64,000 bases of DNA, taken from Octopus bimaculoides (lineage: Eukaryota). The position numbers were made by a program, and so were the translations under genes. Of this stretch, positions 26,336 to 40,765 are shown piece by piece. Each line of letters starts with the position of its first letter. The first letter of the stretch is position 1. The notes under the pieces were generated by a model. It searched no databases, was not told the origin of the DNA, and saw only the letters and a program-made list of their open reading frames with translations. The stretch covers positions 18,800,101 to 18,864,100 of the forward strand of contig NC_069003.1 of the NCBI RefSeq assembly GCF_001194135.2, read 5' to 3'.

Positions 26336-26573
26336 TATTTTGTTGAGGTTTCAGGTTATCTGTAAATGGATGCTCTTCCTGTCACCAACTCTTATCTGTT
26401 TCCAAGTTAAGTAATGTTTCCCCATAGCCAGATATGTTTTCCATGAAAGACCAGAAACAAATGGCACCACTTGTTTGATTGTGATGCTTATTTACGACCA
26501 TCATGTGATGTTGAGACAAGGACACCTACACACTGACACTCACCCTCTCTCTCTCTCTATGTCTGTCTGTCTG

Positions 26574-26625
<52 letters not shown>

Positions 26626-26860
26626 CATCATCATTCTTTAACTTCTAATTTCCATGGTGGCATGTGTTGGATGGTTTGATGGCTTGGCCAGAGCTGGCAA
26701 GCCACAGAGCTGCACCAGGGTCCAGTCTGACTTGGCTTGGTTTCTACAGCTGGATGCCCTTCCTAATGCCGACCACTTTACAGAGTGTTCTGGATTCCTG
26801 TTATGTGCACCTGTACAAGGCCAATCCCCTTCAGCAGCATTAACACTTCTATTGTGGAGG

Positions 26861-26908
<48 letters not shown>

Positions 26909-28164
26909 CATACGATGAGCTTCTCAATCAGTTTCCACCTACCAAATCCATTCACAAGGCTTTAGTGCTATAGTAGAAGATACTTGCCTTAGTTGATATG
27001 CAGCAGAACTGAGCCTGACACCATATGGTGTATCAAATTGGTATTAGGAACAAACTAGATAAAAGGTTGTTTAGCTAAGATTATGGTGGAAAGCTTTTCT
27101 ATTTAAGTATGGCCACTTGAAATCAGCAGGTTTTGTGTGGAAGAACCAAAGACAACCCCAGACCAACTCCCTATGAAAAGAGTTACAGACAGTCAAAAGA
27201 AACATAAACTTTCAATGTAAATCAATCTTCCGTTTCATCTGAGATAAGAGCTGATATCTTTAGCACTTCTCAACATGATATCAGTAGAGCCTAGCAAGGT
27301 CTCCTCCTTCATCTCTTTAGGTCTTGAGTGGTTTCTGAACCTGTTCTAATTTTTTTCTTTTTCTTTTCTTTCACAAAGCTAAATGAAGCGAAACCTATTT
27401 ATCTCTTTGTTCTAACTACTACCCACCATTTATCACTAAGTCACCAATCCCAGCTTATCATTTCTTAGGTATGTTGAGGGTATTTCATTGTTTCAATGAT
27501 ATATATTAGATGTAGCAAGACCCCCCCCCCACACACACACACACTGCCTGAATGAATGCAAAATAAATAAATAAAACTTCAATTATTTACGTTGTTTACA
27601 TTTGCCTTTAGCATAGGCAAACTTTAGGTTAGTTGAAGTATGTTTGGGACATATTTCAACTTTCAAAGGCAAATTTCACTGCACTTTCCATGGAGAAAAA
27701 AATTGTCTCTTAAGGTAGAAGCTGTAAAAACACCATATTTGTGCAGTGCTTCTCCACTGTTAGATTCTCGGATACTGTATTTCTAGCTCTTTCTTTAGCC
27801 ATTATCAATGAGAAATACTGAGATATATATATCATCAGTTACCATCTGTTTTACCATGCTGGCATGGGTTGAATGATTCAGCAGGAACTGACAGGCCAGA
27901 GAACTGCACCAAACTTCAATGTCTACTTTGGCATGGTTTATATGGCTGGTTGTCCTTCACAAAACTAACCACTTTACAGAATGTACTGAGTGATTCTTGT
28001 CATGGTACTGGCACTAGTGAGGTCACCAAGTAATTTGCAAGGTAAGACTCTAACACTGAGTGGAGAGGTAGTATTGAGGGAAGTAGCTTTATGGCATATA
28101 CGTGTGTGTGTGTGTGTGTACGCATACAACACACACAAACACGCACACACACAAGTAGAACCAA

Positions 28165-29340
28165 TAGTATGAATTGTGGAATTAACTCTCCTGGTAATTT
28201 TCCTGAACTATATTTTGTTACTTTGAGTAAAAGTAATTCTGACTGTAAAATTGCTACTGCCAATAATCCAGCCTTAACACCTACTTCCAAGAGGAAGATT
28301 GATACTAATTCCTTTAACCATGGGTACCATATACAAGTGAATAAATGCCTTTGTAATTTCAAAAACAAATTATCTGTCCTTTAGAAAATCAGTGTTTCAC
28401 CCTTTAGCATTTAAACTGGCCTTATCCAGCCAAAATATTCTACCTGCTTTATGTTCAAACTGGCCAGATGTGGCCTCTTACAACTACCCTATGACTTCAT
28501 TCTAAAAATTAACAGTTACGTCTCCAAACTCTCAAACTTACAAGATGATGCATGATTAATTCAAAACAATGTGAATAAATAAGCATTACTTTTGACAGAA
28601 TAATGCGAATGCTAAAGAGTTAAGGAAGAATATAGTGTATCAATGGAAGGTCATAACAGGATTGTATGTATTATTTCCTACGTTCTCTGCTACAGTTTGG
28701 AAATCTAGATTATATAACCATTCTTCTTCATTTAAGTTTAGAAGAAAATTTAATTCTACAAATCTTAGTAAATGCATTTGTGTTTTAAAAGACAGGAACA
28801 TTAATTATGATATAAAGTGGTCCATTATTAGTTATGCGCCATCATGCAATGCTGGTAATTTTAAATGTGATCTTTGCTTTGAGGAAATGTTTTATGTAAT
28901 TACTTCTAAATTGGTATTATTAGATTGTAGAAATAATTTTATTTTGAAATGTTCTCATAAATATAAAAAGCACCTAAATATTTCAATAGTAAATAACTCA
29001 TTAACTATAATTGTTTTTACTATAATCTAATATGCATAATTTTTCTAAAGAAGTTTTAGTACATAGATAACTAATTCCCATGATACAGAATTTCTATGTT
29101 CATTTTTTTTATTCTTTCCTTATCTACTGACGTCATCAAAAGTTAAATACTATCTTTTCTTAGAATATCACACTTCGTCTTTATGTTCTTTTTTATATGT
29201 TCATCTATTAGAGATATTTTCTTAGTTCACTTTGAATTGAGCCCATTTTGGATTGCCTTAATAATGTGTTAACATATGTTTTCGGACATATTAATTTGAC
29301 TGATGCTGGCACAATAGAAACGATCATTAGTAATGTATGG
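28165..29340 (+). mobile_element. Penelope-like element 3' remnant (GIY-YIG endonuclease region)
   Basis: CLCNFKNK..CPLENQC(L)RKNIVYQWKV, then WKSRLYNHSSSFK, NSTNLSKCICVLKD, YDIKWSII, CDLCFEE and KCSHKYK; boundaries approximate. Confidence 0.85.
28400..28619. mobile_element. piggyBac-like MITE P1 inserted in the Penelope-like ORF
   Basis: Left flank ttca, right flank ttaa (28620-28623); P1 TIRs. Confidence 0.85.
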
Positions 29341-29802
29341 TGTAATCATCAATTAAAGATGTGATTTTCTCTGTTCTTGTTCTTGTCTAATAATCCGAAT
29401 TTCCTGAAATCCTTCTAAGTGATATTTGGATTCACTTGTCATGAAGAATTACCTTGGAATTTATTGGTATCTGATTGTTTGATTTAGTTAAATTTGTTTA
29501 ACACTGAGTGCTTTCTAGATATCTGCCTGGATTTATTAATCCTTTTTATTTATATTCTTGTATTTTTGTACTTGTTTCAGTCATTTGATTGCAGCCATGC
29601 CAGAGCACCGCCTTTAATTGAACAAATCAACCCCAGGACTTATTCTTTGTAAGCCTAGTACTTATTCTATCAATCTCTTGCCAAACTGCTAAGTTACAGG
29701 GATGTAAACACACCAGCATTGGTTGTCAAGTGATAGTGGGGGGACAGTTACAGACACACAAATAAATACATACATGCACACACACACACGCACACACACA
29801 CA

Positions 29803-30087
29803 TTGTTGTTTGTTCCTTCTTGAGCTATGCCTGGATCATAAGGATGGGTTTCCCCATTTCATCAGTGTATAGGTTCCCCATCTAGATGGGAAGCCAGTCT
29901 GTCGCAGGTGAGCTGCTAGATGCAGGAGAAAAGAGTAAGAGAAAGTTGTGGCAGAAGTTTGCCATTTCCTTCTGCTAGAACTGCATAGAGCGTGGGTGTT
30001 TCACTCATAAACACACACACATCACCCGGTCTGGGATACGAACCTGCGATCTCTCGACTGCAAGTCTGCTGCTCTAACCACTAGACC
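29803..30087 (-). mobile_element. tRNA-derived SINE with a V-SINE-like central motif
   Basis: Minus-strand head ggcacatggtctagtggttagagc (A box), ggttcgtatccc (B box) and cctgcgacagactggcttcccatc; related heads at 33141-33390 and 46293-46525. Confidence 0.7.
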
Positions 30088-30111
30088 ATGTGCCTATACA
30101 TACATACATAC

Positions 30112-30143
<32 letters not shown>

Positions 30144-30299
30144 ATAGAGATGTGTATGTGTATGTAGATGTATAAGTATATATATATGTGTATGTATATA
30201 TATAATAAAAAGTAACAACAAAAGAATGACACCTCAATATTAGATAAATAGAGGGTTATGCATGTTATAATGTAGAATAAACAGTAAAAAGATGTCATT

Positions 30300-30337
30300 A
30301 TAGTACTCAGAGTTTCAAATACATTTTCATCAGCTAT
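30300..30337 (-). ncRNA. Minimal type-I hammerhead ribozyme with weak stems
   Basis: AUAG CUGAUGA AAA-UGUA-UUU GAAA CUCUGAGU A CUAU: complete core, 4-bp stem I, A-U-only stem II, GUA triplet. Confidence 0.65.
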
Positions 30338-30385
30338 TAATGGCAATAGACGCTATGAAAAACCATTGAATAAAAAGGAAGTTAC

Positions 30386-30436
<51 letters not shown>

Positions 30437-30784
30437 TATAATAGGGATATATATACATATAAGAGTATGTGTAGAAAAACTACCTTAGGCTACTGTGTCT
30501 GTTTTGGCAGGGATTTTTACGGCTGGATGCCCTTCCTAATAACCAGCCACTCCGCAGAGTGGACTCAGTGCTTTTTATGTGGCACTAGCACAGGTGAAGT
30601 TAGTTTTAGCATGATTTTTACAGCTGGATGCCCTTCCAAATGCTAACCATGTTACTGTGTGGACTGGATGCTTTTAAGGTGGCACCAGCATTGACAGGAT
30701 AACCAAGTAATTCGCAAGACAGGGAATTATGAGAATTATATAATAAAGAGAAAATGGGTATGCTATTCAATGCTCTACCACCTC

Positions 30785-30975
30785 TACTTAGACATTCATT
30801 CCAACCCACTCCTTTCCTCTTATTACTCTTGTTTCTTCCCCACCCTAAGTTCTTCGTCCCCAGATTATTGGTTTTCTGAGACTCCCTCCTTGACTCATGT
30901 CTTGCCTGCAAGTATTGACTTACAAAGGTTCAAGAGGAAAATTAATGGTACTGTTTTTCACTAGTCTTGGAGGAT
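30785..30975 (+). mobile_element. CR1/Jockey-like LINE 3' end remnant
   Basis: HVLPASIDLQRFKRKING resembles the C-terminus of these ORF2 proteins. Confidence 0.6.
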
Positions 30976-31653
30976 CTGCAAATGTCATTGGCTATTTCCC
31001 TTTTCTCCAGAGTTTTATAATTGTTTTAATAAATACTGGAGAAATATGGTGAATAACACCTGCATTGACCAGACAGTATTGTGATGCATTTCATTAATGA
31101 ATGTCTATTTCATCATGTGTGTGTGTTATTTGCTCTGTTTTTTTATTTTATTATAGAGCTTGATGCAATAAAGCTATAAATAAAAGCATGTAAATACTAG
31201 GTTAAAAAAACCCTTTCAATCAAACACACACGCGCACACACACACACACACACACACACATATGTATGTATAATGGTATCAAAGAATCAATAAGTAAATT
31301 CCTGGTAAATATGCTCACTTGTGCATATGTAATAAACATACATCCAGCTTCGTTGTGTTTGGACCACAGGGTTCTCTCTCTGCAGAAGTGGTTTAACTGC
31401 AGGATCTATTTACACAGTCAGGATGTATGTGTGTTTATTAAGCGTGTGCATGTGAATTTATTCACAATATGTATATGTGTGATGAAAAAAAAATCAAAAT
31501 TAAATAAAAAAAAAAATGACTTCATAAAGATCACAAATGTGTGATAGCTAAATGTTTCTTTTAGTTACTCATGCTTTTAGGAGCCAAATGTTTGTTTATG
31601 GTAGAGAAAAGAAGAAAATTTGCTATTACAAACATCTATGTGCAGTATATATT

Positions 31654-31685
<32 letters not shown>

Positions 31686-32238
31686 CATGGTGAGATTTGT
31701 ACATATATGTACAAAAATGTGTTTATATCTGCGTTTGTATACATGCATATATATGTATATATATATATATATATGCTTATGTGTTCTGTTCATTTGTGTG
31801 TCTATGTGTGTATGTATCTATAGATGTATGTATGTATCTCTCTGTATGTGTGTGTATATATATAATTTTCTCTGACAATAGGAATTAAACCTGAACCTGT
31901 TGAACTCAACTGACCACAATTATAGAACCGGAAACAATGCAGGTCCATGGTGTTTAGCCCAACATTGTTAATCATATATATATAAAAAAATATATTTATA
32001 CACATACACATATATATGCACACATAAACCAATGGGCTATATCAGATTATCCTTTATTGAATTTTAAATCAATTTGTGTATGGAGAAAGAGAGGGTGGCA
32101 GAGGAGGAAGGGAGAAAGAGGAAGAGGAGAGAAGAAAGTTCTAGAACTCATGATTTTTATTTGTATAAACTTACCCAGGGAAGTTATAGCATTTGATGAG
32201 TCAAACAATACAGCAGAGGAGTATGGTGGAATACCTAA

Positions 32239-32438
32239 CCCTTTAGCATTTATACAAGCCATATCCAGTCCAAATATTCTACCAATTTTATGCTTAAACT
32301 AACTAGAATGAGCCTCCATTCTAAAAATAAATAATCACATCATCAAAACCTCGGAACTACAAGATAATGCATAATTAATTCAAAATGATGTGAATGAATA
32401 AGCATTACTTTTGATAGAATAATCTGAATGTTAAAGGG
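32239..32438. mobile_element. piggyBac-like MITE P1
   Basis: ccctttagcatt ... ttaaaggg-ttaa. Confidence 0.8.
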
Positions 32439-33022
32439 TTAAAGTAGCGTGAGAATTGGCTGCTCTTTCTAACACCTAAACTGACCACATATAGAAGATT
32501 CCTCATCAGCATCATCAACCAATTGGTTCTTCAGCTTTGACTTTTTTTGTTTGTCTTACTGTGATTTTGATGTGAATTGAAACCATTTGTTTGTTAACCA
32601 GGCAAATAGCAACAAGCAAAGTGTTGTTTGCCAGGGACTCTGTACTAAGAACACCATATGATTTGAACTCCTAACCTTGTGGTCTTAAGGCAGATTTTTG
32701 ATTGCCACCTCATGAAGCACAATGTCTATAACAATACACTTTACTGCAAATACTAAACTTTGTTTCTTCAATGTCCCCCCCGCCCATTCTATCATAGGAT
32801 GGATGAAGGCTTATTGTTGAAGCATTGTTTTACAGCTGGATCAGGATGCTCTTCCTGTTGCTAATCCTTAATGCTTTTGAAATGGGATTTTTTTTTTAGC
32901 ATACTTGTCTTCAAAAGTGCGGAGCTAATGGATGATTTATTGACAGTGGATTGTCCAGCTAACATCAGTATATTTGTTCGAGCAATTTCCTGCGAATATG
33001 TTGCGGAATGTAAACACACACA

Positions 33023-33054
<32 letters not shown>

Positions 33055-33078
33055 NNNNNNNNNNTGTAAACACACACA

Positions 33079-33119
<41 letters not shown>

Positions 33120-34756
33120 TTATATATGTATATATATGAAGGCACATATCCTAGTGGTTATGCTGTTGCACTCACAATCACTAGATCCTGGGTTCAGTTC
33201 CCAGACTGGGTGCCACATTGTGTTCTTGAACAAACCACTTTATTTCACATTGCTCCAGTCCCCCTTTTGATCAGCAGGGAATGTTGGCCTGCTCACCTAG
33301 CCAGCAGGTTGGCATCATTCAAAGGATAAAATGATACAAAACATATTGTGATCAGTGACATGTAACAACATCTAGTTGGTCATGTGATTTGTATATATAT
33401 GGGAACCTAAAACCACATGTCTGCAAAGCAGAATTCTTAACCACACAACCATACCTGCACCTATAGCACATAGATTAAATATTCTGCTTGCTATTGAGTT
33501 AATGAGAGCAACCTTTACATGATCTCTCATCTTACTAAAACTAAATCTCTCTCAGACCACATACTCTACTATCATAAAAATAGAGAGGACACATTTGCTA
33601 ATATAGTCCAAGGTACTCTTATAAAGATGAAGTGGTCATGGTTGGAATGAGTGTCTTTGATCAGGGTTGACATAAGGCTACACAACAACAGCTGCAATTA
33701 GCACAACCCCTTACAGTATTTCTTTTAGCTCCTTGTATATGAGTTCGAATTCCCACCAAGGTCAAGTTTTCCTTTCACCTTTCTAGGTGTCAATAAAATA
33801 CAGTCCCAGTCTATGGCATTGGACTGGTGTTATTGTTAGAATGCTACATGACACACCCTGTAGTATTGGTTCTTTGTGTTCTGAGTTCAAATCCCACTGT
33901 GGTGGCCAATTTGGTTAGTAGAATTCAGTCCATTATCCAATTTAACACTAGTATCTGCCTGGGTGCATTTTAACCAAAGAATCCACTTTGTTTGCAAGCA
34001 TTTGGGCCAGGTCTCTGATTGAGGAAATCTTCCCCTCTCTCTTTCCTTCCCACTTCTCTCGGAGACCCTGTAATGGGTCATGGACTCTGCCCTGCTCCCC
34101 ACCAAAACAAAACTCAACCGAAAATCCCCTACTGTACTAACTTTGGTCATTCCATCTGTGATGATTGATAATCAGATAGTGAAGCAGTGGTCTGATACTT
34201 CTTTGTTTCCATATTACTGCCAATGGATGATAATATCTCATGTTTTGGAATAAAATATTAATAGAAATTTTTATACTCATTGCTTCAAGATTATTACGAT
34301 ACACACTCAAGTACCATCACACATGCACACGTGTGCGCATGTATATTGTCTGTAAAAGATTGTCATTCATAAGTGTTGCTGGCTCCCATCTTCTGTGTGT
34401 AGCTTTGCTTTTAATCTGTCATATAGAATATATTGTCTCTTGTGCATGTTTTGAAACATGAATGAGTCACTGCTGGCTGTAGACTGAAAGAGGGTGGAGT
34501 CTTCCAACGGAACTCTAGTCCTTGATGATGGTAGTAATGGTGATGGTGGTGGGGTGACTGGGGATGGGGAGGGATAGATATTAGAGGCAAATGGTACAGG
34601 GAGGGTGGGGAAGGAAGGAAGGAGAAAATATAGTTAGTTCTGCATTAAAGGTGAAAAAAAGGGGGTAAAAATAACAACCCCCTATAATAAAACAGCTGTT
34701 TAGCTGTAAATTTTCTTTTTTGTTGTATTTTAAACTTCTGTAACGTGCTTATAACC

Positions 34757-34811
<55 letters not shown>

Positions 34812-34865
34812 CCTCTCTCTCTCTCCCTCTCTTTCTCTCTCTCTTTCTTTCTTCCTCTCTCTTTC
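34757..34865. repeat. (CT)n homopyrimidine tract
   Basis: Direct reading. Confidence 0.95.
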
Positions 34866-36523
34866 CTTGGTTTCTTCAGTCTTGCTGTAATTGGATTAAA
34901 AAATATTTGTCTGGAGACAGCACAGAATTTATGGAAATGGAAATAATGACTGTTTTTCAAATTGTTAAACTTCTATAGTTTTGTTGTTCTCTCAGGTCAA
35001 CAGCCCCTCACAGAACAAAGCTATGATTATTAACCTTTTTGATGCTAATCTGTCTCAAACGGCCCCTTAGACCTATGGTATAACCTCCTTGTTTTGAAGT
35101 TATCTAAATTTAAATCTTCCATCAAAATTTCATATTAGCCCTTTTGTTACCATATTTCTGTTGAAATACAATGCCTTTGTTTCAGATTTGAAAATAATGA
35201 AGAATTTCATAAAATATCTTTGTCATTATTAAGTTTGTGTTTGGAACATAAATTAACGTGAAATTTTAATAGAGGGTTTTGAGATCACCTTGAATCAGGA
35301 AATTTGTATCATAGAACTTGGAGCAAAATTGATTGGGTTGGTATCAAAAAAGTTTTGTTCCAGTGACTGAGTTGCTTCCCAACCACATGGTTCTGGATTC
35401 AGTCTCACTGCATGGCACCTTGTACAAGTGTCTTCTACTCTAACCTTGAGCTGACCAAAGCTTTGTGAGTGGATTAAGTAAATGGAAACTGAAAGAAACC
35501 CGTTGTGTGTGTTTGTGTATATATATGTGTGTGTGTGTGTCGTTGTGCCTGTTTGTCCTCGTTCACCACTTGACAACCAGTGTTAGTTTCTTTATGTCCC
35601 CATAACTTAGCAGTTTGGCAAAAGCAACTGATAAAATAAGTACCAGGCTTAAAAAAAAAGTCCTGAGGTTGATTCATTCAACTAAAAGTTCTTCAGGCAG
35701 TGCCCCAGCGTGGTTGCAGTCTATTGACTGAAATAGATGAATGATAAAAGCTGAACAATCTTGACAAAGTAATTTTAGTAATTTCCTTCCTATTTTACAA
35801 AATTAATTGAAACTGTGGCAGTGTATTCCAGCATAAATATGGTAACAAAAGGGTGAAAGGCATTTCACCTGTTATCTCTCTGTCCCCTTCTCTCAATCAT
35901 TGTGTATTCAAGACCAACTATACAACTACATTATTTAAAGAGTTTCTTCTCTTCTGAATACAGTAGGGTGTCATTTGCGGATAATTTGGTTACTCTTTCT
36001 AGCAGATCAAGTGATCACACAGAAATTACAGTAGTCTTTCAGATTTCAGCAGCCAGGCAGACTTTAGACTGGTTCCAATAATAATTCATAATCGTTTCCC
36101 ATTAAGCTAAATTGTGCATTAACATTTTGAAAATCATCTGGTTTGTGTTTATTTTATGCAAATTACCGAATCAATTCACATGCTGAATTTAGAATAAATT
36201 ACAGAAGAACCAAACAACCGAGTTTGTTGCTTCTAATTAACTTGTTGATGCAATTGCTTTAATTAGTTCTGCTATCATGTCATATAAGGAGAATGTATAC
36301 ATTTTAAGTTGAGTGTTGCTTTGGTGACTTCTCTTTTAACATTTGTCTCCTGCATTAAGGATTAACTCAGGTTTGAGAACCCTATCAAATATTTAATTTT
36401 TAAGGATCAAGCCATGACTGTGTTCCTTTATCCGACTGTGATTATGCTGGAGCACATTCAAATTTTAGTACTTACACATGCAAAGGTATGGCCATATAGG
36501 CACAGACGTGGTTATATAGACAC

Positions 36524-37276
36524 AGGCATGGCTGTGTGGTAAGAAACTTGCTTCCCAACCACATGGTTCCAGGTTCAGTCCCCCTGCGTGACACCTTGGG
36601 CAAGTGTCTTCTACTATAGCCTCAAGCTGACCAAAGCCTTATGAGTAGATTTGATAGACAGAAACTGAAAGAAGCCTGTTGTGTTGCATAACTTGCACCT
36701 GTGCTGGTATCGCGAAACTAGTACCTGTGCCAGTAGCACGTAAAAAGAACTTTTGAGCATTAAGCCTCATGGAGGCAATGACAAATGACCGAGACCTACA
36801 ATAACATGCCATGCTTGAGAAGGAGACCCATTTTAATCATGGCAGATACTGGCACCCATGCCGGTGGCACGTAAAAGCACCCATTATACTCTCAAAGTGG
36901 TCAGCATTCGGAAGGGCATTCAGCCATAGAAACCATGCCATATCAGACTGAAGTCTGGTGCAGCCCCTCAGCTTGCCAGCCCTGGTCAAACCATCCAACC
37001 AATGTCAGCATGGACAACAGACGTTAAATGATGATGATGATGATGATTTATACATATGTGTGTCTTTGTGTCAGTGTTTGTCCCTCATTACCACTTGACA
37101 ACTGGTGTTGGTGTGTTTACATTCCTGTAACTTAGCATTTTGGCAAAAGTGACTGATAGAATAAGTCCCAGGCTTATGAAAAAATAAATTCTGATAATTC
37201 ATTTGACTAAAAATTCTTGAAGGCATTCCTCAGTATGGCCACAATCTAATGGCTGAAACAAATAAAAGATGAAAGA
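36524..37276 (+). mobile_element. SINE family A split by an RTE 3' fragment (about 36684-37047)
   Basis: SINE head and body, then a LINE tail ending (GAT)n, then the SINE tail; another SINE head follows at about 37283. Confidence 0.75.
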
Positions 37277-39041
37277 TATTTAGGCACAGGCATAGCTGTG
37301 TGATAAGAAGTTTGCTTCCCAACTACATAGCTTTGGGTTCGGTTCCACTGGGTGGCACCTTGGCCAAGTGTCTTCTTCAATAACCCCAGGCCAACCAAAG
37401 CCTTGTAAATGAATTTGGTAGATGGAAACTGAAAAGAAATCTGCTATTGTTTCCATCATGTGTATATGTGTGTGTGTGTGTGTGTGGGTGGGTGGTTGTT
37501 ACTGTCTCCCTGCCTTGACATCCCATGATAGATGTAAATGAGTGTCACTATCATGCATGTGGTATCCTTCATTACCAATCTTCTATGAAAACATGTCCAA
37601 TCATGGAGAAATATTATTTCACTTGGAAAGACATAAAGGATAGTGATGACAAGAAGGGTATCTTGCCATAAAAAATCTGCCACAACAAATTCCTTCCGAC
37701 ACGTGCAGACATGGAAAAAGTGGGTGCTAAAACAATAAGGATTTACTTCTTCATTCATTCAATCATTCATGCTTTCTCTAGTACTTATTGGGTGGGGTGG
37801 GGGGTGGTGGGGGGTGTATGAAAAGCAAAGTCGATCTGAAATGCCACAAGGTATTTTCATTCAAAGCAGTGAATTTTCTACCATTACACATCATCATCTT
37901 TCAACTCTACCCAACTTATTACAATTGCAGGCTGCCTCATCTTTCTCTCAATCTTCTCTCCATATAATTTTGCACCCCCTCCTATTCATTCACTTTTATT
38001 CACCTGTAGCCCTAAGGGACCACCAGGATATCTTACCTCTAATACCTATCTCTTTGAAGCTCCTTCTGATCACTCTCTCCTCTACCAAGTGTGAGTAATC
38101 ATACAACTCTACAAGAATATACTCTGTCCACCCCCACCCCTACGCATACTTTAACTCATTCGCCAGCATATAGCTGGCCCACTCCCTACTCCCTCAAGGT
38201 TTGTAGTCTTGCAGGCTGCATGGTGTCCTCCATAGTGCTAGTGACACAAAATAAACACCCAATACACAGTGTAGAGTGGCTGGTGTTTGGAAGGGCATCC
38301 ATCCAGAGAAGCCATGCCAAAGCAGACATTGGAGCATGATGCAGTTCTTGGATCCATTGAATCCTGTGAATCTGTCCAACTCATGCCAGCATGAAACATG
38401 GACATTAAATGCTGATGATGACACACTGATGTGTGCACACGCGCACATGAACATACACAAATGTCTTTATTCAAAGTTGAAGCTTTCTTTTGTTATTACT
38501 CAGTTTCACATTTCTGGTTTTCACTGCTTGTGGTGTTTTAAAGCACAGACAACCATCTCACCCTCACTTTCAAATAGATCTTCAAACTCAACTATATGTA
38601 TTGAGTACATATTTCCATCCATTTGTTAACTCAAATATCTATTAGGTTTTTTCTTCCAATGTTCACTTTCCCATGCTTGCCTGAGTCAGAATTCAATGTG
38701 GTTGATTTTCTCTAGTTAGATGCCCTTCCTGTCACTGACCCCTACCTGCTTCCCACTAAGGTAATTTTTTTAGGCCAAACATATTTTCATGGAAGAGTAG
38801 AAACAATAACAGCACAAATTTCCCCAAATCACTCACCTCGCTGCTTTAAAAACAGAGATCACCATTTATAATACCCAGTTTTAATACCAAATAAACTATT
38901 AAGAACCTTGAGAATGTGCTTATATATATATATATATATNNNNNNNNNNNNNNNNNNTATATATATGTATGTATGTGTGTGTACATATATATACATGTGT
39001 GTGTGTATATGTGTGTGTGTGTATGCATGTACATGTATATA

Positions 39042-39910
39042 CAAGGTGTGGTAGATAAATTGTTGCCATTTTATATTTTTAATTTCGTATGTGCGCATTG
39101 TTTGTTTTTGATTTTGTTGACTACACAGTATAGTAGGGCCAATTGGGCACTGTCTCTGAGAAAAACAGCACCATGATACAATTCACTCTGCCAAAGATTT
39201 GGAAACCTGCTGTACTGCTTGGCACTCACACTGGAAGCACCAATACAAACATTTCAAAGTGTTTGGGTGTCAATTTGAGGACATGTACTAAGAGTGATAA
39301 AAATCAAACACCCAGTCAACATCATGGTGTTTGGAGTGATCACTAGTGATGGCAATGTTATGCCTCCATTCATCTTCCCACACAGCCTCAGACTCAACAT
39401 GGAGGCCTTCATCAAATGCCTAGAAGAGGTAGTGCTCCCCTGGGTCAAGAGGGTGGCTACTGGAAGATCTTAAGCCTGGCAACAAGACTTTGCACCATGC
39501 CACACAAGCAGGAGAACCCAGTCATGGCTGTCAGACAATTTCTGCCACTACATCACTCCTAACTTCTAGCCACCTAACTCCTCAGACTGCACTCCCCACC
39601 CCAACTGATTATTATGTGTGGGGTGCAGTTGAGTGAGAGACCAACAAAACTCCTTGTAACACCAAAAATGAACTGCAGGAAAGGATTTTGGCAGCATTCA
39701 CCACACAAGACCATCCAGAAGAGTTGCAGGAGATTCTGAAGTCGTCTGGAGGCTATTGTTGGAGCCAATAGCAATTTTATTGAATAAACTTTCTCTTTGG
39801 TATTTCAATATATTTTTCTGTAAATTTGGTAAATATATCTTTTAAAATAAGATGTCAGTGCTATTTTCATTTTTGCATAATTTAGACGACAATTTATTCA
39901 CCATACTCTG
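39042..39910 (+). mobile_element. Internally deleted Tc1/mariner (maT/DD37D-like) with both TIRs
   Basis: TA flanks at 39040-39041 and 39911-39912; WQQDFAPCHTSRRTQSWL and PPNSSDC..DYYVWGAVE remnants. Confidence 0.85.
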
Positions 39911-40765
39911 TATATATGTATAGGTGTGTGCGCGTGTGTACTATTTCACACTTGGTTCATTGGTTGTTCGTTTTGTTTTGCAAGAGAGATCATCATCTTG
40001 CCTGACACCTATTGGTTAAGCAAATTTGAGTTAAATGGAATGGAGTGTATCATATAATCTCTATACTTTTATTTCTTTCCTATTTAAACTCTGTACATTG
40101 TGTATTATACATAGCATCATTGTTTTAATATTCATCTTTCCATGTTTATATGGGTCAGACAGAATTCGTTGAGGCAGATTTTCTTCAGCTGAATGCTCTT
40201 CCTGTCATCAACCCTTACTTGTTTCCAACCATAACTGGACATGTTTCCAAAGAAGACTGGAAATGAAACACTCTGCATAGTGCTTGTTTATAACTATCTT
40301 GTATCAAGAAAGGGGAGATACACATGCACACATATAGAGAGATATGATAGGCTACTCTCAGTTTCTCTCTACCAAATCCACTGACAAGTCTTTGCTCAGC
40401 CTAGGGCTATAGTAGGAGACACTTGTCCAAGCTGTCACACAACGAGACTGAAACTACATGATAGGGAAGCAAACTTTGTAATAACAGCCATAGCTGCACC
40501 TCCTCACAACCATGCCCTGTGTGTGTATGTGTGTGTGTGTATGTATGTGTGTGCGCACATCTGCGTAAATGTGTTTGTTTATATGGTTTATATAGAAAGA
40601 ATTTAATATTAAACTGAATATACTTTTTAGTAGTGAGAATGTTTATTTAACTTTTTACAGGATGAAAAGTGACTGTAACTTCAAAGTTGCAGTCTGCTAG
40701 TCTTTGTCAAACTGTATGACACAAGTGTAGTACAGTCCAACAAAGGCTGTGTAGCATACAAATTT

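Noticed and set aside
29868-29900. Minus-strand ctgatgaaatggggaaac
   Set aside because: No stem II; part of a SINE body. The same applies at about 46377-46394.
30015-30087. tRNA-like sequence with A and B boxes
   Set aside because: No proper cloverleaf, and it continues into a SINE body.
31386-31424. 39-nt candidate exon, SGLTAGSIYTVR (FN3-like)
   Set aside because: Too short, and the donor merges into a TG repeat; unsupported.
33010-33118. Duplicated tgtaaa(CA)n block
   Set aside because: Also flanks a 10-N gap; assembly artefact.
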